Origin: Lytechinus pictus
Lineage: Eukaryota
Reading direction: 5' to 3'
Assembly: GCF_037042905.1 (NCBI RefSeq)
Contig: NC_087251.1
Span: 32,180,001-32,244,000 of the forward strand
DNA: 64,000 nucleotides
Shown in pieces: positions 54,585 through 64,000 of this stretch (positions within the stretch are counted from its first letter, which is position 1; the number at the start of each line of letters is the position of its first letter). The notes beneath the pieces were generated by a model. It did no database searches. It saw only the letters and a program-made list of their open reading frames with translations, and was not told the origin of the DNA. The position numbers were made by a program, and so were the translations under genes.

Positions 54585-57433
54585 ATTATGGTGAAGCCAA
54601 TTTAAAAGGAGGTGAGACAAGTTTCAATGGAGGTTTAAAAAAATAATAAACTGTATTATGGTGAAGCCAATTTAAAAGGAGGTGAGGCAAGTTTCAATGG
54701 AGGTTTAAAAAAAAAAAAACTATACTAAGAATTATGGTGAAGCCAATTTAAAAGGAGGTGAGGCAAGTTTCAATGGAGGTTTTTAAAAAGAATAAACTGT
54801 ACTACAAATTATGGTGAAGCCAATTTAAAAGGAGGTGAGGCAAGTTTCAATTGAGGTTTTTAAAAAGAATAAACTACAACAAATTTAAAAGGAGGCGAGG
54901 CAAGTTTCAATGGAGGTTTTTAAAAAAGAATAAACTGTACTACAAATTATGGTGAAGCCAATTCAAAAGGAGGTGAGGCAAGTTTCAATGGAGGTTTTTA
55001 AAAAAGAATAAACTGTACTATACAAATTATGGTGAAGCCAATTCAAAAGGAGGTGAGGCAAGTTTCAATGGAGGTTTAAAAAAATAAACTGTATTATGGT
55101 GAAGCCAAATTAAAAGGAGGTGAGGCAAGTTTCAATGGAGGTTTTTAAAAAGAATAAACTGTATATGGTGAAGCCAATTTAAAAGGAGGTGAGGCAAGTT
55201 TCAATGGAGGTTTTTAAAAAGAATAAACTGTATATGGTGAAGCCAATTTGAAAGGAGGTGAGGCAAGTTTCAATGGAGGTTTTTAAAAAGAATAAACTGT
55301 ACTACAAATTTGAAAGGAGGCGACGCAAGTTTCATTAGAGGTTTTTAAAAAGAATAAACTGTACTACAAATTATGGTGAAGCCAATTTAAAAGGAGGTGA
55401 GGCAAGTTTCAATGGAAGTTTTTAAAAAAGAATAAACTGTACTACAAATTATGGTGAAGCCAATTTAAAAGGAGGTGAGGCAAGTTTCAATGAAGGTTTT
55501 TAAAAAGAATAAACTGTACTACAAATTATGGTGAAGCCAATTTAAAAGGAGGTGAGGCAAGTTTTAATGGAGGTTTTTAAAAAGAATAAACTGTATTATG
55601 GTGAAGCCAATTTAAAAGGAGGTGAGGCAAGTTTCAATGGAGGTTTTTAAAAAGAATAAACTGTATATGGTGAAGCCAATTTAAAAGGAGGTGAGGCAAG
55701 TTTCAATGGAGGTTTTTAAAAAGAATAAACTGTACTACAAATTATGGTGAAGCCAATTTAAAAGGAGGTGAGGCAAGTTTCAATGGAGGTTTTTAAAAAG
55801 AATAAACTGTATTATGGTGAAGCCAGTTTAAAAGGAGGTGAGGCAAGTTTCAATGGAAGTTTTTTAAAAAGAATAATTAAGTGTACTACAAATTTAAAAG
55901 GAGGCGACGCAAGTGTCAATGGAGGTTTTTAAAAAGAATAAACTGTACTACAAATTTAAAAGGAGGTGAGGCAAGTTTCAATGGAGGTTTTTAAAAAGAA
56001 TAAACTGTACTACAAATTATGGTGAAGCCAATTTAAAAGGAGGTGAGGCAAGTTTTAATGGAGGTTTTTAAAAAGAATAAACTGTATTATGGTGAAGCCA
56101 ATTTAAAAGGAGGTGAGGCAAGTTTCAATGGAGGTTTTTAAAAAGAATAAACTGTATATGGTGAAGCTATATTTAAAAGGAGGTGAGGCAAGTTTCAATG
56201 GAGGTTTTTAAAAAGAATAAACTGTACTACAAATTTAAAAGGAGGCGAGGCAAGTTTCAATGGAGGTTTTTAAAAAGAATAAACTGTACTACAAATTATG
56301 GTGAAGCCAATTTAAAAGGAGGTGAGGCAAGTTTTAATGGAGGTTTTTAAAAAGAATAAACTGTATTATGGTGAAGCCAATTTAAAAGGAGGTGAGGCAA
56401 GTTTCAATGGAGGTTTTTAAAAAGAATAAACTGTATATGGTGAAGCCAATTTAAAAGGAGGTGAGGCAAGTTTCAATGGAGGTTTTTAAAAAGAATAAAC
56501 TGTACTACAAATTATGGTGAAGCCAATTTAAAAGGAGGTGAGGCAAGTTTCAATGGAGGTTTTTAAAAAGAATAAACTGTATTATGGTGAAGCCAGTTTA
56601 AAAGGAGGTGAGGCAAGTTTCAATGGAAGTTTTTTAAAAAGAATAAAGTGTACTACAAATTTAAAAGGAGGCGACGCAAGTGTCAATGGAGGTTTTTAAA
56701 AAGAATAAACTGTACTACAAATTTAAAAGGAGGTGAGGCAAGTTTCAATGGAGGTTTTTAAAAAGAATAAACTGTACTACAAATTATGGTGAAGCCAATT
56801 TAAAAGGAGGTGAGGCAAGTTTTAATGGAGGTTTTTAAAAAGAATAAACTGTATTATGGTGAAGCCAATTTAAAAGGAGGTGAGGCAAGTTTCAATGGAG
56901 GTTTTTAAAAAGAATAAACTGTATATGGTGAAGCTATATTTAAAAGGAGGTGAGGCAAGTTTCAATGGAGGTTTTTAAAAAGAATAAACTGTACTACAAA
57001 TTTAAAAGGAGGCGAGGCAAGTTTCAATGGAGGTTTTTAAAAAGAATAAACTGTATATGGTGAAGCTATTTAAAAGGAGGTGAGGCAAGTTTCAATGGAG
57101 GTTTTTAAAAAGAATAAACTGTACTACAAATTTAAAAGGAGGCGAGGCAAGTTTCAATGGAGGTTTTTAAAAAGAATAAACTGTACTACAAATTATGGTG
57201 AAGCCAATTTAAAAGGAGGTGAGGCAAGTTTCAATGGAGGTTTTTAAAAAGAATAAACTGTATTACAAATTATGGTGAAGCCAATTTAAAAGGAGGTGAG
57301 GCAATTAGTTAATGGAGGTTTTTAAAAAGAATAAACTATATTACAAGTTATGGTGAAGGCAATTTGAGAGGAGGTAAGGCATGTCTACAATGATTTTTTT
57401 TTAAAGAATGATAAGTGTAGAATATAATTCAAA
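54585..57433 (+). repeat. Satellite array, left arm (77/70/69/62-bp monomer variants, about 40 units)
   Basis: Consensus AAATTATGGTGAAGCCAATTTAAAAGGAGGTGAGGCAAGTTTCAATGGAGGTTTTTAAAAAGAATAAACTGTACTAC. Confidence 0.97.
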
Positions 57434-58846
57434 TGATGAAGCCATCTTGAGAGGTGCATGAGGCAAGTCTACAATGAGGTTTCTAAAAACAATGAATAGT
57501 GAAGAAAAAGATCGCAATTGCTTTTAATAATCCACAAAATTGTTTAGTTATTTATTTCATGCAAATTGCTATTAATTGATTATGCTCATTTGTGCATAAT
57601 TAGTATACTATACCTATTCCTCTAACTCCCTAAATAAAGCTCCAAATGTTCTAATTTTTGGTTTAGAAACTCTTTGTGGTGTTCTTCGATAATGTATTTC
57701 TTGTGTTTTTACCTTTGTATTGCATTGTTTTTTTTCAACGATGCTCGGACTCTCGTAACAGCATAAAATAAATCAGTTTAGTTCAACAAAACTAAAAACA
57801 ATTAGGCATTCATGAATTTTGGTTGAAAACGCATATTCCATTGACGTGGTACATAAATATCACAATTTTGAGCCATTTTTGTCTGATATGCACTTACAAA
57901 TTGTTTGGTAATTTTCAGAACCCAGTACCCGGGCTTCGCAAAACTGGTCTCAAAACATGCAAAAGACTTTTTTTTTAAATCGCAGAGCTCAGAGCCCCCC
58001 CCCCCCCTGCGTAAATAGGTTAAGTTTGCATTAATTTTGAACTTTTCCATTCCCAAATACGTAATATCCCCTCCCCAAAAATGCAATTGTCACTGAAATG
58101 GAATATACATAATATATTTTTTAATAAGCCATGTTTTGCAAAATAATCATCATGTCATCCTTTGTCAACAAGAAATCTGTACATGTCCTCTGGAAGAAAA
58201 TAATACCTCGGCCGCCTATTAAATTCTAAGTTTTGATTTTGTAAGTATTTTACTTAGCAATTTGGCTGGCTTATCAAAATGCTTAAACTTGTATGCAGAT
58301 CAGATCTCAGAATTTACCTTATCCAAATTGAACTAAATACTAATACCCATTGTGATGTTATAAATTTTGAGCCAAATAGTGCCAAATGTGTGAATGTATT
58401 TCTGTGCGTATCATTTTTGTATATGTAGACTTAAGTCTAGTAGATGGCTGACTTACATTTAAGCAAAATATTTAGCCAAAAAAAATGCAATTGAATACCA
58501 AAGATGGATAAGTATTTTACTTTTGCAAAATACTGAGTAAAATATACTTGAAATTGTGGCTTTAAGAGTAGCATTGAATACCGGCCCTGTTCCTCATCAT
58601 CATTATCATCCCACTACTTGACTGAACCATATAGTATTAAACAAAGCTAATTCCACATGTTCAGGGAGGAATTAATCGTTGTATCACTTGACATTAAGGA
58701 GAAACTTAGAATATTTCATATTTCCTATAATAAAATACAAAAGAAATAGTGTGAGGATGACGTCATCAGTCTCCTCAGGTGCATACAGACCAGGATGTGC
58801 ATATAACTGTTTTTTTTAATTAAGCAAAACTTTAAAATGTCATAAC

Positions 58847-61122
58847 TTTGAATTATATTCTACACTTATCATTCTTTAAAAAAAAATCATTGTAGACATG
58901 CCTCACCTCCTCTCAAATTGCCTTCACCATAACTTGTAATACAGTTTATTCTTTTAAAAAACCTCCATTAACTAATTGCCTCACCTCCTTTTAAATTGGC
59001 TTCACCATAATTTGTAATACAGTTTATTCTTTTTAAAAACCTCCATTGAAACTTGCCTCACCTCCTTTTGAATTGGCTTCACCATAATTTGTAGTACAGT
59101 TTATTCTTTTAAAAAACCTCCATTGAAACTTGCCTCGCCTCCTTTTAAATTTGTAGTACAGTTTATTCTTTTTAAAAACCTCCATTGACACTTGCGTCGC
59201 CTCCTTTTAAATTTGTAGTACAGTTTATTCTTTTTAAAAACCTCCATTGAAACTTGCCTCGCCTCCTTTTAAATTTGTAGTACAGTTTATTCTTTTTAAA
59301 AACCTCCATTGAAACTTGCCTCACCTCCTTTTAAATTGGCTTCACCATAATTTGTAGTACAGTTTATTCTTTTTAAAAACCTCTATTGAAACTTGCGTCG
59401 CCTCCTTTTAAATTTGTAGTACAGTTTATTCTTTTTAAAAACCTCAATTGAAACTTGCCTCACCTCCTTTTAAATTGGCTTCACCATAATTTGTAGTACA
59501 GTTTATTCTTTTTAAAAACCTCCATTGAAACTTGCCTCACCTCCTTTTGAATTGGCTTCACCATAATTTGTAGTACAGTTTATTCTTTTTAAAAACCTCC
59601 ATTGACACTTGCCTCACCTCCTTTTGAATTGGCTTCACCATAATTTGTAGTACAGTTTATTCTTTTTAAAAACCTCTATTGAAACTTGCGTCGCCTCCTT
59701 TTAAATTTGTAGTACAGTTTATTCTTTTTAAAAACCTCCATTGAAACTTGCCTCACCTCCTTTTAAATTGGCTTCACCATAATTTGTAGTACAGTTTATT
59801 CTTTTTAAAAACCTCTATTGAAACTTGCGTCGCCTCCTTTTAAATTTGTAGTACAGTTTATTCTTTTTAAAAACCTCCATTGAAACTTGCCTCGCCTCCT
59901 TTTAAATTTGTAGTACAGTTTATTCTTTTTAAAAACCTCCATTGAAACTTGCCTCACCTCCTTTTAAATTGGCTTCACCATAATTTGTAGTACAGTTTAT
60001 TCTTTTTAAAAACCTCTATTGAAACTTGCGTCGCCTCCTTTTAAATTTGTAGTACATATTATTCTTTTTAAAAACCTCAATTGAAACTTGCCTCACCTCC
60101 TTTTAAATTGGCTTCACCATAATTTGTAGTACAGTTTATTCTTTTTAAAAACCTCCATTGAAACTTGCCTCACCTCCTTTTGAATTGGCTTCACCATAAT
60201 TTGTAGTACAGTTTATTCTTTTTTAAAAACCTCCATTGAAACTTGCCTCGCCTCCTTTTAAATTTGTAGTACAGTTTATTCTTTTTAAAAACCTCCATTG
60301 AAACTTGCCTCACCTCCTTTTGAATTGGCTTCACCATAATTTGTAGTACAGTTTATTCTTTTTAAAAACCTCCATTGACACTTGCGTCGCCTCCTTTTAA
60401 ATTTGTAGTACAGTTTATTCTTTTTAAAAACCTCCATTGAAACTTGCCTCGCCTCCTTTTAAATTTGTAGTACAGTTTATTCTTTTTAAAAACCTCCATT
60501 GAAACTTGCCTCACCTCCTTTTAAATTGGCTTCACCATAATTTGTAGTACAGTTTATTCTTTTTAAAAACCTCTATTATTGAAACTTGCGTCGCCTCCTT
60601 TTAAATTTGTAGTACATATTATTCTTTTTAAAAACCTCAATTGAAACTTGCCTCACCTCCTTTTAAATTGGCTTCACCATAATTTGTAGTACAGTTTATT
60701 CTTTTTAAAAACCTCCATTGAAACTTGCCTCACCTCCTTTTGAATTGGCTTCACCATAATTTGTAGTACAGTTTATTCTTTTTAAAAACCTCCATTGAAA
60801 CTTGCCTCGCCTCCTTTTAAATTTGTAGTACAGTTTATTCTTTTTAAAAACCTCAATTGAAACTTGCCTCACCTCCTTTTAAATTGGCTTCACCATAATT
60901 TGTAGTACAGTTTATTCTTTTTAAAAACCTCCATTGAAACTTGCCTCACCTCCTTTTAAATTGGCTTCACCATAATTCTTAGTATAGTTTTTTTTTTTTT
61001 AAACCTCCATTGAATCTTGCCTCACCTCCTTTTAAATTGGCTTCACCATAATACAGTTTATTATTTTTTAAAACCTCCATTGAAACTTGTCTCACCTCCT
61101 TTTAAATTGGCTTCACCATAAT
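58847..61122 (-). repeat. Satellite array, right arm (inverted; mainly 77/62-bp variants, about 32 units)
   Basis: Reverse complement of the left-arm monomer. Confidence 0.97.
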
Positions 61123-61203
61123 ATTCAAGTAAGGTATATTCATTCTTTTTTTAAAAACATCATTGTTCACTTCCCTCACCTATAGATCATTTGGCTATAT
61201 ATA

Positions 61204-62944
61204 CAGTGCGTCCCAAAAAAAACTATACACTTTTGAAATGGCTGCCAAATAAAAAGTATATCACTTTGGGGGGAAAGACTTATACATATGGAAAGCCGAT
61301 AAAGTCATCTTTCAAATTACACCAAAATGTTGGAAAACTATTCATGCTTGAGTGAGCACTACCCGCTTAAACAAAGGGTATGAAAATTAGGGTGGGCAGG
61401 AATTAGCCTTTCGGTTTCTTTCAGTTTTTGAGAGGCGAATCCCTTGGAACTTGCAAACTTGAGGGTGTTCTGATGAATTGATGGTCATTCATTATCAATT
61501 TAAATTGTTAGAGCAAATTTCATGAATTATCAAATTGAAATTCCATGCATGAGTAAGCATGAATTGCAATCTTTAGTGAAGCATTTTACTTACAATGTGG
61601 GTCTCAGCAGTGTGTTCATTGGAGTCAGGAGAATAGGAGTAAGAAATGACTTCAGTGTGTGAAGTAAGCTGATGGGAAAAGGGTCAACAGAACGTTTAGC
61701 CTCCCTCCTACAGGTCCGTCCCTCCCCCCTCCTGTTGAGATTGAGACTGATTGCTATTACATGTACGCATTAAGTGCAAAGCGGACTGTCAATTTGATAA
61801 TAAATTCTGAAAATTAGATCATCAACTTTTATCTATCAATCATTCAATCAACAATCTGTTAGTAAATAAACTCAATCAAATATTCACCTTTTTCAATACA
61901 TTATCAATCAAACATTCAGCTTTTTCAATAAATGATTTCATAAATTATCATAATTAGTCAAGTTCTTAATAAATCATTCAATGGAAAAGAAAGACCCATC
62001 AACCATCAGTCACTTGGCATTTTAAGTTTTAAATACCAACCAAGAGAAAGAAAGGGGTGGAGGGCGGGGTGAGTACATGACATGTAATTTGTAAGAGAAC
62101 ACAAAGAAGAATGCCCCTTTAACCCAGTCTTACCCTATCTCATCCCCTTGCATGTAACACCATCACATTACTCTGACTCTCACAAGCACACTTGCTAAGA
62201 TCCACATAATAAACGAAAAATGCTACACTAAAATTACAATTCCTGTTTACTCATGCATTACATTTCAATTTAGTAACTCGTGAAATTTGCTTAAGAAACC
62301 AAAACGGATCTCCATTTATCAGTAATTTAGCATAACACCCTTAACTTTGCAAGTTCCAAAGGACTCACCTCAAAAAAAAAATGGAATTAAGGCTAATTCC
62401 TGCTCACCCTAGCAAAGGCTAGTCTCTCAGGAGGGGTGAAAGGGGTAGAGAGAGAGAGGGGGGGGGGTTATAAGTGTTCTGTTGACCCATATCCCGTCAA
62501 CCTACTTCCCCCACCTAAGTCCTATCCATATTCTGACTTCCATGAACACATTGCTGAGATCCACTTAAAAAGTGAAAAATTGTATTTCATGTTCACTCAT
62601 ACATTAAATTTCAATTTAATAATTCTTAAAATTTGCTCTAAAAACCTAAATTGATAATGCTTGATCATTGATTTATCAAAACATCCTCAACTTTGCAAGT
62701 TCCAAGGGACTCGCATCTCAAAAACTGAAAGAAATTGGAAGGCTAATTCCTGCCCACCCTAATTTCCATACCCTTTGTTTTAGTGGGCAGTGCTCGCTCA
62801 AGCATGAAAAGTTTTCCAACTTTTTGGTGTCATTTTAAAGTTGACTTTATAGGCTTCCATGTATGTAAGTCTTTTCCCCCAAAGTGATATACTTTTTATT
62901 TGGCAGCCATTTCAAAAGTGTATAGTTTTTTTTGGGACGCACTG
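61204..62944. mobile_element. Non-autonomous Tc1/mariner-type element nested in the right arm of element B
   Basis: TA|CAGTGCGTCCCAAAAAAAACTATACACTTTTGAAATGGCTGCC ... GGCAGCCATTTCAAAAGTGTATAGTTTTTTTTGGGACGCACTG|TA; imperfect TIRs longer than 250 bp; empty site in the left arm at about 54503. Confidence 0.92.
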
Positions 62945-63374
62945 TATAATACCTTTTATTTTACACTATTCTTCCCTTTAAAAAAAAACCTGATTGTACT
63001 CCTGCCTCCCCTGATCTGACATTTGCCTCTCAACGTACTGTACATAGTGTTATTTTATTATCTCTTTATATCGGAAACTTCGTTTTACCGAATTGCCATG
63101 CACTCTCTCCGACGCGTTTGAAGTCTTAGACAGCATGGAATACTACCAGCCGATGATACACACACGCACACACACACACGTTATTTGACAACTTGTCTCT
63201 GGAGCCAAAGTTCCTCGCATATAACTATCTGCATGCCTGCACGCAGTGTGTATTGAACACGCACGACCACGATCTAATGAATATTCATCGGCGAGAGTGA
63301 CGTCATTTTACGAGTCTCCTTTCAAACTTGGATCATAAGTGCCTACCCGGTTTATATAGGGCCTTGCAGTAAAT

Positions 63375-64000
63375 CAAGGCCCTATATAAACAAGGTTGCG
63401 ACACCGGAAGTAGCCGTCATTTGCTCATGGAGCTTTTGATTAGTTCCAAATTCACCGAAGTTTGTGTACAAAGTCAATGGGGGAGATTTTTCGACAGCAA
63501 ATTTCAGGTAATAACAATTGTTATTAAGAAAAACAAAAGGATAGTTTTTAAAGAGAATTTTATGTGCTTCATTTTGATATGATTGGTTTGCAATAATTTT
63601 GAATTTTAACATGCTTTTTTACTAATTTTTAATAGTTCCAAGGCGTAAACATGACAGTAAAGATACGGTATGGGACTGGCAACTGTAGCCGGCAGTGCGG
63701 CTGGCTCAGTAGCCCGATATACGCTGTGGTTGTGTTTCCTGACGGGTTGGGTCCGGACTCACGACATCTCCTTTAATTTTGAAAAGTTTACAAAAAATAC
63801 AAGCAATGTCTTTGATTTTTTTTTTAGCTCAGAATGTAAGAAAATATTATAAAGAACAAATAATGATGGTGATAAGCATTATCCAAGCTATATTTTTTGC
63901 TTTATTTTGCTGAGAAGTGAGATAAAATAAAAAAAATGAAAAAAAGTCAGTGAGATAAACAACAGCAAGCCTAAACTTAGAAATACAAGGCTTCATTTTT
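63375..64000. mobile_element. Element A': second, inverted copy of element A (right end first), truncated by the window edge
   Basis: Begins with the full TIR CAAGGCCCTATATAAACAAGGTTGCGACA and is the reverse complement of about 53487-54110, with scattered substitutions and small indels. Confidence 0.9.

Larger units (their letters stand above)
54111..63366. mobile_element. Element B: 9.3-kb foldback element with multi-kb satellite-containing inverted arms
   Basis: 54111-57433 is the reverse complement of 58847-63345, apart from array length and a nested insertion. Central spacer 57434-58846. The right end GTTTATATAGGGCCTTG is the same 17-bp terminus as element A and is followed by CAGTAAAT. 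Confidence 0.88.

Noticed and set aside
54585..61122. Regular repeats as a CRISPR array
   Set aside because: There are no unique spacers, the monomers are contiguous variants of one unit, the context is eukaryotic, and no cas genes are present.
63350..63391. 17-8-17 palindrome as a loxP-like tyrosine recombinase site
   Set aside because: It is more simply explained as two abutting TIRs separated by the 8-bp target also seen at 49220-49227; no recombinase ORF is visible.

Overview
AT-rich, intron-containing animal genomic DNA; the gene content and repeats suggest an invertebrate deuterostome such as a sea urchin (inference). Three protein-coding genes are present. (1) A 20-exon MTHFD1-type trifunctional C1-tetrahydrofolate synthase on + (1916-31410, 933 aa). 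It has an in-frame upstream ATG encoding a 60-aa presequence-like extension, candidate microexons in its 9-kb intron 8, and a dual-guide U15/SNORD15-type C/D snoRNA in intron 15. (2) A TRIM RING/B-box/coiled-coil/beta-propeller E3 ligase on - with a single coding exon (35361-37244). (3) A 7-exon CRTAC1 homologue on + (40587-45296, 609 aa) with a His-rich N-terminus and no EGF domain. The last 15 kb is a transposon stack built on one 8-bp target (CAGTAAAT): a 4.9-kb TIR element with a probable hAT transposase remnant, a 9.3-kb foldback element with the same 17-bp terminus and satellite-filled inverted arms, and a second, inverted copy of the first element. Together these form a palindrome of more than 10 kb that runs off the window. 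Many MITEs and simple repeats are interspersed. All calls are by eye; no database search was run.
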